From contig CAWHAE010000014.1 of the NCBI GenBank assembly GCA_963827235.1, forward strand, positions 352,001-416,000: 64,000 nt of DNA, read 5' to 3'. Shown piece after piece: positions 13,243 to 22,376 of this stretch. The DNA comes from an uncultured bacterium (GTDB taxonomy: Bacteria > Chloroflexota > UBA5177 > JANWHV01). Below the pieces are notes generated by a model. The model searched no databases, was not told the origin of the DNA, and saw nothing but the letters and a program-made list of their open reading frames with translations. Positions within the stretch are counted from its first letter, which is position 1; each line of letters starts with the position of its first letter. A program made the position numbers and the translations under genes.

Positions 13243-15029
13243 TGGACGACCAGGATGACAGTGATATGCCGCTTTCCTCGAACGACGCGGCCGACCAGGA
13301 CGTGGTGACGCGCCCCACCGCTCCCGACCAGGCTGCCGGCTTGGGGAGCCCTGGTGCCGATGACGCCGTTCGCCTGATCTACGTCGACGCGGACGACGAT
13401 CTTCCCATGATGCTGGATCGCCTCGAAGAGGCTGCCGGCCCGGCCATCCTGGTGCTACCGGATAACTGCCGCGCGGTGCATGGCGTTGTGGCCGCCCGAC
13501 TGCTGGTGCGGCGAGCCAATGCCGCCGGCATCGACGTGGTAGCAGTCACCTCGGACCGCGTGAGCGTCGCTCAGCTGCAGCGCGAGGGTGTGCCCTGCTA
13601 CGGTACCGTAGGCGAGGCGCGGACCGGGAGGGCCCTTCAGGCCGCCCGAGCGGCTCCACAGGGAGCCCGCGGGCTGGGCCGGCAGGCTCGCGCAGTCCCG
13701 GGCTCGTCCGGGATGCCGAGTGCGGCGGACGACGAGGAGAAGACGAATGCGAGCTCGCCACCGGCTCGCTCTGCGCGGGAGGCACCCCCGGAGTTGATTG
13801 ACGACGTCATCGATATCGCCGACGATCAGCCGGATGCGGTGCGTGCTCAGGCTGCCCCGGGCGCGCAGCCCGTGGACGATCGATCCGAACTGCTGGCGCC
13901 CTATCTCCGCCACTCGCGCCGAAGATGGCCGTTTCGAGTCATTCTCGGGATGTTGTGTCTCGTGGCCGCCGGCGCCGCCTGGGCCGCCTTCTTCCCATTC
14001 GCGACCGTGTCGATCGTCTACTCCCCACGGCCATTCGACAGGACGTACCAGGCCACTGTAGGCTCGGCAAACCTCGACAACATTCCGCTGTACCACACAC
14101 GCACCACGCAATCTCTGACCACGGATGTGGCGGGCACGGGAACATTGCTGGTGCCGGACGGTCGAGCGAAGGGAACGGTTACGCTGGCCAATACTCTCCA
14201 GGGCGTTGTCGACGTGCCGGCAGGAACGACAGTTAGCACGCAGACCGGCCTGAGCTTTACCACGTTGCAGACGGTAAGCCTGCCTGGCGCCGTGAGCAGC
14301 TTCTCAGGAGTCACTAACGGTAAGAGCCTGGTACCGGTCCAGGCGACCACCGCCGGCACGGAATCGAACGTGGGTGCCGGCACGATTACGGTCGTGCAGG
14401 GTCGCCTTGCAGGCGTGGTGATGGTCACAAATAGCTCCGCTCTCACGGGAGGATCGGTCCGCACCGAGCTCACGCTGACGCAAAGTGATGAGAGCGCGGC
14501 GGTCGAGCGTGCACAGCACACACTCACCACGAGCGAGGTTGCCTGGCTCAATCAGAAGTACGCGCAGAGCCCGCTTCGCGCTGTGGTGAGCTCAGACCAG
14601 ACCGCGGGCTCAGAGACCAGATTTGTGCGTGACGGGCGGCCGTATGCCCGCATCACGATCAGCATGACCACGGTGATGGCATACTTGCACGCCGACGACG
14701 TCCAATCGACCGGTCTTCGCATGGCCAGAGCGGCCCTCGCCGGCACCAGCCAGTCCCTGATAGACGGCTCTACAAGCGTGAAGGTTCTGCAGGCTCAGGG
14801 CACGATTCCGGCCCAGATCGGCATCCGCGTGCTTGCACAGACGGAGCCCGCGCTGGACCGCGAGTCTCTGGCCGCGAGCATCGCTGGTAAGAGCGTGCAC
14901 GACGCCACAGCGATCCTTGACGCCGCTGGCCGGCGGGCCGGCTGGTCGGCCACCGTAAGCACCGATCCGCCTCTGGTACAGCGGCTGCCCTTGACGGCGC
15001 GGCTGATCACCATACACCTCGATAGGTGA
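13242..15029 (+). CDS. single-pass membrane protein with baseplate J/gp47-like extracytoplasmic domain
   Basis: Cytoplasmic N-domain (IYVDADDDL..), low-complexity linker, TM (VILGMLCLVAAGAAWAAFF), then AKGTVTL..VPAGTTV..FTT..VQA..G..NVGAGTI baseplate-J-like pattern. Confidence 0.7.
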   Translation: MDDQDDSDMPLSSNDAADQDVVTRPTAPDQAAGLGSPGADDAVRLIYVDADDDLPMMLDRLEEAAGPAILVLPDNCRAVHGVVAARLLVRRANAAGIDVVAVTSDRVSVAQLQREGVPCYGTVGEARTGRALQAARAAPQGARGLGRQARAVPGSSGMPSAADDEEKTNASSPPARSAREAPPELIDDVIDIADDQPDAVRAQAAPGAQPVDDRSELLAPYLRHSRRRWPFRVILGMLCLVAAGAAWAAFFPFATVSIVYSPRPFDRTYQATVGSANLDNIPLYHTRTTQSLTTDVAGTGTLLVPDGRAKGTVTLANTLQGVVDVPAGTTVSTQTGLSFTTLQTVSLPGAVSSFSGVTNGKSLVPVQATTAGTESNVGAGTITVVQGRLAGVVMVTNSSALTGGSVRTELTLTQSDESAAVERAQHTLTTSEVAWLNQKYAQSPLRAVVSSDQTAGSETRFVRDGRPYARITISMTTVMAYLHADDVQSTGLRMARAALAGTSQSLIDGSTSVKVLQAQGTIPAQIGIRVLAQTEPALDRESLAASIAGKSVHDATAILDAAGRRAGWSATVSTDPPLVQRLPLTARLITIHLDR

Positions 15030-15084
15030 AACGGGAACTGCTGCCCAATGCCGCGCGGACGGAACATGAGGTTGCTGTGGTATC

Positions 15085-15528
15085 ATGTCGCTCGTGCGCT
15101 ACCTGAGCCTGGACGTCGGTAAGGTATGGATTGGGATCGCTCTTAGCGATCCAACCGGGTTCCTGGCTACGCCGTTTCGAACGCTGAAACGGGCGGACGT
15201 TCATGGTGCCTATGTGCGGGGCCTGATCGAGGAGCATGAAGTTGGAGAAGTAGTCGTAGGTCTTCCGCTGAACATGGATGGAAGCAGCGGTGCTCAAGTC
15301 GAAGAGACCTACGCCTACGTCGAAGAGCTTGGCGTGCTCCCGGTGCCGGTCCGGTTCTGGGACGAGCGCCTTTCGTCGTGGGAAGCCGAGCAGGTGATCG
15401 CGCAGGTAAAGGGCCGCGATCCCCGGCGGCGCGAACGCCTCGACGCCATAGCCGCGGCCATAATGCTTCAAGACTTTCTCGACGATGCAGGGCGTCGCAG
15501 ACGCCTGGCGGAGGATGTCGCCGGCTGA
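15085..15528 (+). CDS. yqgF: YqgF/RuvX pre-16S rRNA nuclease
   Basis: LDVG..IGIALSD, VVGLPLNMDG, DERLSS, DAIAAAIMLQ. Confidence 0.95.
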   Translation: MSLVRYLSLDVGKVWIGIALSDPTGFLATPFRTLKRADVHGAYVRGLIEEHEVGEVVVGLPLNMDGSSGAQVEETYAYVEELGVLPVPVRFWDERLSSWEAEQVIAQVKGRDPRRRERLDAIAAAIMLQDFLDDAGRRRRLAEDVAG

Positions 15529-15673
15529 ACGGCTGTGCTTGGTGCCGATGCAGCGTGACGGCAAACTCGCGATACGATACCGTGGTCAGCATGGGTACGT
15601 TGGGCCATATTCGCGGCCGAGCAGGCATCTTTACGCCTGGTCGCGTGGCATAGGCGATGAGGTGCATTCAGTA

Positions 15674-16897
15674 ATGTCGCAGGACCAGATGGACCGCCTG
15701 CAGAGGCTGCGAGCGGCGCGGGGCGAGGCCGCGACACATCCCGACACCTATCACGGCAGCCAGAACGGCGAGTTGCCGAGCGCCTTCTCTGCCAGGCGGA
15801 CCGGCTCGCGCGGCCGAGCCGGAGCACTGGTCGGATTGCTCGTGGTTGCCATCCTGGCAGTCCTTGTGCTTGGCGGCATTGGCTATGCCGTCAAGCAGAT
15901 CCACTCCTCGGTAGGTGGCCCGCGCAGAACCGTCCAGTTCGCCGTGCGGCAAGGTGAGAGCGTTTCTGATGTGGCGAATGAGCTGCAGAAGGACGGCCTC
16001 GTGTCGAGCAGTTGGCTGTTCGGAATCTACTATCGCTTCTTTGGCGGCTCGGGTAGCTTGATAGCCGGCGCCCACGCGCTGAACACCGACATGTCCATGG
16101 ACCAGATCGCCAAGAATCTCCAGACTATGCCCGTCGTCGTCGTGATCTCACCGTCGCAGAACCAGTACAACATCCTGGCCGGGAAGCGCGCCGAGGAGAG
16201 CGCCGCTATTCTGGACACGTACCATATCGCGTCCTACGCGGACTTCATGAAGCAGATCACGGATCCGTCGCCGAAGTATGACTACTGGTTCCTGAAGGAT
16301 CTTCCGGCAGGCGCGTCACTGGAAGGTTTCCTTGCCCCCGGAGAATATACCCTTCTGCCGCACTCTAGCGCTCACGCCGTCGTAGCGCTCATGCTGAGGA
16401 AGTTTGGCCAGGAGTTCACGCCTGCGATGCAGGCCGAGGCAAACCAGTCGCATCACACCGTTTTCCAGATCGTGACGCTGGCCTCGATCATCCAGCGGGA
16501 AAGCGCCTTCCCGAGGGTGCAGAAGGCGATCGCGGGAGTATTCTGGAACAGGCTCGATGCCAAGAACGATGCCGTCACAGGAGGCAAGTTGCAGGCGGAC
16601 GCGACTGTCCAGTACGCGATGGGATCGGCCCAGAGTGGGCAGGATTGGTGGCCGAAGATCCCCAGCCAGGACTACTACGCAAGCGTGGCGAGTGACTATA
16701 ATACCTATTTGCATCCTGGGCTGCCTCCTGGGCCGATTAGCAATCCCGGCCCGAGCGCCCTGGACGCGGCGCTCAACCCGACGACTTCGAATTGGCTGTT
16801 CTACGAGGTGCTGACCAAGGACGGCAAGCACTCACGCACGTATTTCTGCGAGACCCTCGAGTGCCAGACGAGCGAAGCCGGCGTAGCCGTGCAGTAG
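15674..16897 (+). CDS. mltG: endolytic transglycosylase MltG
   Basis: N-terminal TM, LEGFLAPGEY, LASIIQRE (catalytic Glu), LQADAT, YNTY..GLPPGPISNPG. Confidence 0.93.
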   Translation: MSQDQMDRLQRLRAARGEAATHPDTYHGSQNGELPSAFSARRTGSRGRAGALVGLLVVAILAVLVLGGIGYAVKQIHSSVGGPRRTVQFAVRQGESVSDVANELQKDGLVSSSWLFGIYYRFFGGSGSLIAGAHALNTDMSMDQIAKNLQTMPVVVVISPSQNQYNILAGKRAEESAAILDTYHIASYADFMKQITDPSPKYDYWFLKDLPAGASLEGFLAPGEYTLLPHSSAHAVVALMLRKFGQEFTPAMQAEANQSHHTVFQIVTLASIIQRESAFPRVQKAIAGVFWNRLDAKNDAVTGGKLQADATVQYAMGSAQSGQDWWPKIPSQDYYASVASDYNTYLHPGLPPGPISNPGPSALDAALNPTTSNWLFYEVLTKDGKHSRTYFCETLECQTSEAGVAVQ

Positions 16898-16920
16898 AAG
16901 TATTCACAAGGAGTTAGCGC

Positions 16921-17487
16921 GTGATCTCAACCGGTGACTTGAAGCGTGGTGTTTCGTTCGAAATCGATGGCGAGCTGTACCGCCTGATGGAGTTCAACCA
17001 CATCAAGATGGGGCGCGGGAGCGCTCAGGTCCGCATGAAGCTGCGCAACCTGCGTACTGGGGCTATCACCGAAAAGACTGTCCAGGCCGGTGAGCGGTTC
17101 CCGCGTGCCAGGCTGGATTCGCACACGGTGCAATTCCTCTACGCGGACGGAGATAACTACAACTTCATGAACACGGCCACGTTCGACCAGCTCTCCATAC
17201 CCGAGTCTCTGATCGGCGACGACGTCAAGTTTCTGAAGGAGAACATGGAGGTCGAGCTCATGAGCTACGGAGACGAGCCGATCGCTATCGAGCTTCCGCC
17301 CAACGTGGAGCTGCGCATCACCTACACCGAGCCTGGTGTTCGCGGCGACACCGCATCGGGCGCTACGAAGCCTGCGACCGTCGAAACGGGAGCCACAGTA
17401 CTGGTGCCGCTGTTCATCAATCAGGATGAGGTGATAAGAGTCGATACCCGGACCGGGCAGTACATCGAGCGCGTGTCGAAGGCATAG
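16921..17487 (+). CDS. efp: elongation factor P
   Basis: KMGRGSA loop, PGVRGDT, KPATVETG, VPLFI, DTRTGQY. Confidence 0.97.
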   Translation: MISTGDLKRGVSFEIDGELYRLMEFNHIKMGRGSAQVRMKLRNLRTGAITEKTVQAGERFPRARLDSHTVQFLYADGDNYNFMNTATFDQLSIPESLIGDDVKFLKENMEVELMSYGDEPIAIELPPNVELRITYTEPGVRGDTASGATKPATVETGATVLVPLFINQDEVIRVDTRTGQYIERVSKA

Positions 17488-17495
17488 GTAATGCG

Positions 17496-17942
17496 ATGAC
17501 AGATGGCGCGCAGACGCCGCAGGGCAGCGCCGGCACGCTGCCGTCGATGACCGGTATCCGTGCCCTTGCCGATCTGTGTCTTCAGGCCGGAGTGGAAGAG
17601 ATCGAAGCTGCCAGCGGATCGTGGTCCGTGCGTCTGAAGCTGGATTTGACCGGGGTGGGCGAGGCGGGGCAGTTGCCGGATGAGCTCCTGCCGGAGGAGT
17701 CGGCCGGACCGCACGTGATGCTATCGCAGTGGGTCGGCGTGTTCCACCGGGCGGCCGAGTCGGGTGCAGCGGCCTACGTGGAGGAAGGGCAGCTCGTCGC
17801 CGAAGGCGAGATCGTCGGCGTGGTCGCCGCCATGCAGCTTCAGCACGAGGTCCTAACCGACCGCGCCGGCGTGCTTCGCCGATTCCTCGTGCAGGATCGC
17901 ACCGCGGTAGAGTACGGTCAGCCTCTGCTCGAGATCACATGA
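17496..17942 (+). CDS. biotin carboxyl carrier-like protein lacking the MKM lysine
   Basis: Lipoyl/biotinyl fold pattern (VGVF..VEEGQ.V..G....V.AMQL..V....G......V..VEYGQPL), but AMQL replaces AMKM. Confidence 0.75.
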   Translation: MTDGAQTPQGSAGTLPSMTGIRALADLCLQAGVEEIEAASGSWSVRLKLDLTGVGEAGQLPDELLPEESAGPHVMLSQWVGVFHRAAESGAAAYVEEGQLVAEGEIVGVVAAMQLQHEVLTDRAGVLRRFLVQDRTAVEYGQPLLEIT

Positions 17943-18009
17943 TACTACAGATGTGGTCAATCACCGCCGTCTGGCCGGCGGGTTCTGCCCGACTGGCCGG
18001 GGTCTTCTG

Positions 18010-19278
18010 ATGGCGGGTTCCGCCCTCGGACTAGATCGTGGAGCTGACGTCGACGGTGTGTTCACCGTGGGCGAGGTCATACGTTACCTTGGCGACGTGC
18101 TCGGCGACGACGTCGTGCTTGCAGGTCTGTGGGTGCAGGGCGAGATCTCCAATCTCAGCCACTCGACCGCCGGTCACACGTACTTCACCTTGAAGGATGA
18201 GGAGTGCCAGCTCAAGTCGGTCGCCTTCCGGGGCAGCTCCGTGCACAAAGCCGTGCTCAGGGAGCTGAAGAATGGCGACCTGGTGTTGGCACACGGGCGC
18301 ATCGGAGTCTATGAGGCGCAGGGTGCCGTCCAGCTCTATGTCGACCACGTTCAGCCTGCCGGACTCGGCGTGCTACAGCAGCGGTTCGACGAGCTCTGCG
18401 CCAAGCTCAGGTCCGAGGGCCTGTTTGACGAATCTCGCAAGCGCCCGCTTCCGCCGTTTCCCCAGCGAATTGGCGTTGTCACCTCCGCGCAGGCCGCTGC
18501 CTTCCAGGACATCTGCCGCATTCTGAGCGAGCGGTTCCCGATCGTGGAGGTGGTGCTGGCACCCAGTCTCGTTCAGGGTGCCGAGGCCCCGCCCCAGATC
18601 GTGGCGGCGATAGACCACCTTTCGAACCAGGACAACGTGGATGTGATCGTCGTGGCCCGAGGCGGCGGCTCGATGGAAGATCTCTGGGCGTTCAACGACG
18701 AGTCGGTCGCTCGCGCCATCGCTCGCGCACGAGTGCCGGTCGTCACCGGCATTGGTCATGAAACCGACTTCACCGTGGCGGATTTCGTCGCGGACTTGCG
18801 CGCGCCTACGCCTTCAGGAGCGGCAGTCGCCGTGGTTCCCGACCGTGAAGCGCTGCTGGCCCAGATCCGATCCGGTCGCGAGGATCTCACCGCGGCCATC
18901 ATGGACCGTTTGAACGCGTCCCGACAGTCGCTGCTTGCGGCGCGCGATGAGCTTTCACGGCGGAGTCCCGAGCGCCGCCTCATGCAGTGGCGCCAGCGCC
19001 TGGATGAGACGGCTCAGGTGCTTGTCGAGCGGTCTGCGCGCCATGTTCAAATGAAGCGTGAACGCCTGATGGTCCGGCAGGCTGAGCTCGCCTTGCTGCA
19101 CCCCGCGGCGGCATTGCAGCGCGGCTATGCCCTTATCACCGACATGGCGGGAACGGTGCTTCGCTCTGCCGCCGCCTTCGACGTCGGCGACCAGGTGCGC
19201 ATCCGCCTGCGCGACGGCGTGGTTACCGCGACCGTGGACGACGTGGCAAGGTCGGCGGACGGCAGGCATACACCGTGA
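18010..19278 (+). CDS. xseA: exodeoxyribonuclease VII large subunit
   Basis: GEISN, GHTYFTLKD, RGGGSMEDLWAFN, GIGHETD, RAPTPS, LQRGY. Confidence 0.97.
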   Translation: MAGSALGLDRGADVDGVFTVGEVIRYLGDVLGDDVVLAGLWVQGEISNLSHSTAGHTYFTLKDEECQLKSVAFRGSSVHKAVLRELKNGDLVLAHGRIGVYEAQGAVQLYVDHVQPAGLGVLQQRFDELCAKLRSEGLFDESRKRPLPPFPQRIGVVTSAQAAAFQDICRILSERFPIVEVVLAPSLVQGAEAPPQIVAAIDHLSNQDNVDVIVVARGGGSMEDLWAFNDESVARAIARARVPVVTGIGHETDFTVADFVADLRAPTPSGAAVAVVPDREALLAQIRSGREDLTAAIMDRLNASRQSLLAARDELSRRSPERRLMQWRQRLDETAQVLVERSARHVQMKRERLMVRQAELALLHPAAALQRGYALITDMAGTVLRSAAAFDVGDQVRIRLRDGVVTATVDDVARSADGRHTP

Positions 19279-19294
19279 GGGGGGTGAACCGACG

Positions 19295-19510
19295 ATGGAC
19301 GAGAGTCTGAATGAGTTGACTTTCGAGCAGGCGCTGTCGGAGCTGATGGCTGCAGTCGAGGAGCTGCGCGGTGACGACCTCAGCCTCGACCGCACGCTTG
19401 GCCTGTACGAGCGCGGATTGTCGCTGGCAAGCCGCTGCGACGATCTACTCACCAAAGCCGAGCTCCGTGTGAGCACGAGCGCGCCGGGCAGCCCAGCGGC
19501 TAATCTCTAG
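19295..19510 (+). CDS. xseB: exodeoxyribonuclease VII small subunit
   Basis: LTFEQALSEL..LSLD..YERG..C..L..AE; directly follows xseA. Confidence 0.92.
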   Translation: MDESLNELTFEQALSELMAAVEELRGDDLSLDRTLGLYERGLSLASRCDDLLTKAELRVSTSAPGSPAANL

Positions 19511-19779
19511 CCGATCGCCGGCCGAGAGCGTTGTCCGCCGGGGCGCGCACGGCAGGTCCACTCGTCTAGTCTGGTTGCTGCCCAGATGCCGCGAGCGTCT
19601 CGCCCACGCCGAGGGGCTAACGGGCGGAGCGAACGTGGACGGCCCTGGAACCGGCTACAGACGGCTTGTCGCGCTCCTTCATCGGCCACTCTCGACACCG
19701 GGACGCCAACACCCGCCGTTGACACGGGACGAAGCACTCGCCGCCCAGGCGGCAGCGACGACTACGGGCTATACGCGAC

Positions 19780-19829
19780 GGCGGGTTGGGATCGTCCGCC
19801 GGCATTGCGGTGGACGATCCCAACCCGCC
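19780..19829. repeat. 22-bp inverted repeat, probable bidirectional terminator or REP-like hairpin
   Basis: GGCGGGTTGGGATCGTCCGCCG-gcattg-CGGTGGACGATCCCAACCCGCC, one G-T pair, between convergent xseB and secF. Confidence 0.75.
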
Positions 19830-19879
19830 CAGTCTATCCTGCGCAGTGCGACCTTTGAGAACTGCCTCCGCCGGCAAGT

Positions 19880-20926
19880 CTACCGGGCAGCCGCCGGGCG
19901 CGCAGCGCGGCGCTTCTTCATGCGCTCGATGAACTTGCCAATGCCGAGCTCGTCGTTTTCCCACACCACGAGCAGTGGGCTCGCATTGAAGATTGAGCTA
20001 TACGTGCCGCTCGTGATGCCGATCAGCAGCGTAATCACGAAGATGCGTATGCTGGCGCCGCTGAACAGCAGCAGCGCGGTCAGCGTCATGAGCACGGTGA
20101 GCGACGTGTTCAGCGAGCGCGCCATCGACTGTAGGATGGCGTTGTTAACGACCAGCTCAAACGGCTCGCCGATACGGCGGGCCATGTTCTCGCGTATCCG
20201 GTCGAAGATTACGATGGTGTCGTGCACCGAGAAGCCGATCACGGTGAGCACCGCGGTGACGAACAACGAATCCACGGTCACTCCCAGCAGGCGGCCGAAT
20301 ACGGCGAAGAGGCCCATGACCACCAAGACGTCGTGAATCAGCGCGATGATGGCACACGTGCCGTAGCGGAACGGGTGCGCCACCTTGCGGAAAGCAAACG
20401 AGATGTACAGCAGTATGAACACGGCAGCAATCACCACTGCCGTCGCCGCGCGACTGCGGATCTGCGACCCGATGGCGCCTCCGACGTCCGTCTCCTGCTG
20501 AAGCGTGATGTTCTTGCAGGTTGGCAAAGGCACTTTGTACTGCCCGTGACCCACTGTCTTGACCAGCGAGCCGCAACCATATTCCTGGTAGAGCGGTGCC
20601 AGCACGGCCGCCAGCTTCTGGGGCGAGTCGCCGATAAACGGTATGCGCACGAGATAGTGCGCGCCGGTGCCGCCAGCGCCGCCAAGCGGCGTCGAGGAGA
20701 CGACTTCGGCCTCGCTCAGTTTGGCATTGGTGAGTACCGCGTTACGGATCTGATCCTCGAGATGCGCGCTTGCCGGTGTGCTGCTGAACTGCAGCGTGAG
20801 CTCGGTGCCTCCCGTGAAGTCGATCCCCAGCTTCAGGCCCCCGGCCAGGAAGAAGATGAAGCCGGGAACGATGATCACCAGTGAAAACAGGAAGTACCAG
20901 TAGCGATATCTGATGATGTTAATCAT
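19880..20926 (-). CDS. secF: protein translocase subunit SecF
   Basis: LGIDFTGG, ALIHD, GFSVHDTIVIFDRIRE, RSLNT, GTYSSIF. Confidence 0.97.
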   Translation of the reverse strand: MINIIRYRYWYFLFSLVIIVPGFIFFLAGGLKLGIDFTGGTELTLQFSSTPASAHLEDQIRNAVLTNAKLSEAEVVSSTPLGGAGGTGAHYLVRIPFIGDSPQKLAAVLAPLYQEYGCGSLVKTVGHGQYKVPLPTCKNITLQQETDVGGAIGSQIRSRAATAVVIAAVFILLYISFAFRKVAHPFRYGTCAIIALIHDVLVVMGLFAVFGRLLGVTVDSLFVTAVLTVIGFSVHDTIVIFDRIRENMARRIGEPFELVVNNAILQSMARSLNTSLTVLMTLTALLLFSGASIRIFVITLLIGITSGTYSSIFNASPLLVVWENDELGIGKFIERMKKRRAARPAAAR

Positions 20927-20975
20927 GAGCCTAATCCCCTAGCCGCCATCTAGCCGGCCACTTCCACCACCAACG

Positions 20976-22376
20976 TCAGTCGTGCTGTCCCCTGGTCGCA
21001 CGCGGCTGAGAGGCAATACTCTCCATCCCGGCGCCGAACCACTTCGGGTCATAGCTGATGTTGCCTCGCACGAGCACCCGCAGGAATGTGCGCGTGATCA
21101 TGATCGCCGTGAACATTGAGACGGCAACGCCGATGCCCAGCGTGGTGGCAAAACCCGCGATAGTCGTGGCACCGTAGTTCTGGCCGAACCAGTACAGCAC
21201 GCAGCAGGTGATGATCGTGCTGACGTTCGAGTCGCGGATACTGGTCCACGCACGGTTGAATCCGGCCTCGATGGCAGCACCAAGCGTCTTCCCGGAGCGC
21301 AGCTCCTCTTTCAGTCGCTCAAAGATCAGTATGTTGGCGTCGACCGCCATGCCGATGGAGAGTATGAACCCGCCTATGCCCGCCAGGGTGAGCGTGATGC
21401 CGCTCGCGCCGCTGCCGCTGAATGGCCAGAGCTTGAACACGGCGACAGAAAGCGACGTGTAGATGAGCAGTGCAAGGTCCGCCAGCAGGCCGGGCAGCCT
21501 GTAGTTCATGACCATGAAGAACATCACGACGAGCATGCCGACGATGGCGGCCTTGACGCTGTCGTTGACATATTGGGACCCCAGCGTGGCGCTGATCTGG
21601 CTGCTGGCCTCGGCGGTAAACGCGATCGGCAAGGCACCATACTTGAGCCGGATTGCTATCGCCTTGGCCGTGTCGCTGCTGCCGATGTTGTTGATCTCGC
21701 CGTTGCCGCCGGTGATCGCCGACTGGATCTTCGGGTCAGTGACCACCTTGCCGTCGAGCACGAAGGCCATGTACTCGCCGACGTGATCAGTGGTGTAGGA
21801 AGAAAGCCGTCCACTGGCACCGCCCTTGGCGCCGAAGGTCACGATCGGCTGCCCGTACTGGTCGAAGGTCGAGCTGATCTGGCTGGAATCGAGCTCGTTG
21901 CCCTTCATGACGACGCAGGGAGTGGGGGCGTTCTTGGCGTCGCACAGCGTCGATGTGTTCGAGTATGGGAATGTGGCACCATCCTGGAGCACCGTCAGGC
22001 TGCCCATGCCGTACAGCACGAGCTCGCCGGTGCTGCCGATAGTCTGCCGCACCACCTCCGGGTCCCTCACGCCCGGCATCTCTACGTCGATAGCGTCGGT
22101 TCCCAGCTGCGTCACGATCGGCTCGGACACGCCGAACGCATTGACGCGCTTGGTAATGATGTCTATTGCCGCGCTCATGGCGTCGCTCGTGGCTGCTTTC
22201 GAGTTGCGTGCTTTGAGCTCCATGCTGAGGCCGCCGGTCAGGTCAAGGCCCTGGTGGATCGCGGTGCCGTGTCCAAACACCGTGAACTTGCCTGCCGTGC
22301 CCGCCAGATCCGCCAGGACGGCAGCAATCGTCAGCAGGATAATCCCGATCAGAGCTAAGTTAGCGTGTTGACGCAT
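20976..22376 (-). CDS. secD: protein translocase subunit SecD
   Basis: GLDLTGG, RVNAFGVSEP, YGALP, GMAVDANILIFER, IRDSNVST. Confidence 0.97.
   Translation of the reverse strand: MRQHANLALIGIILLTIAAVLADLAGTAGKFTVFGHGTAIHQGLDLTGGLSMELKARNSKAATSDAMSAAIDIITKRVNAFGVSEPIVTQLGTDAIDVEMPGVRDPEVVRQTIGSTGELVLYGMGSLTVLQDGATFPYSNTSTLCDAKNAPTPCVVMKGNELDSSQISSTFDQYGQPIVTFGAKGGASGRLSSYTTDHVGEYMAFVLDGKVVTDPKIQSAITGGNGEINNIGSSDTAKAIAIRLKYGALPIAFTAEASSQISATLGSQYVNDSVKAAIVGMLVVMFFMVMNYRLPGLLADLALLIYTSLSVAVFKLWPFSGSGASGITLTLAGIGGFILSIGMAVDANILIFERLKEELRSGKTLGAAIEAGFNRAWTSIRDSNVSTIITCCVLYWFGQNYGATTIAGFATTLGIGVAVSMFTAIMITRTFLRVLVRGNISYDPKWFGAGMESIASQPRATRGQHD

Noticed and set aside
13242-15029. Prophage, T6SS or eCIS inferred from the baseplate-J-like domain
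   Set aside because: No sheath, tube, spike, integrase or capsid genes. The protein is TM-anchored among core genes.
15529-15673. GGCAAAC resembling a c-di-GMP-I riboswitch before mltG
   Set aside because: No GAAA-capped P2 stem or GACGCAAA continuation.
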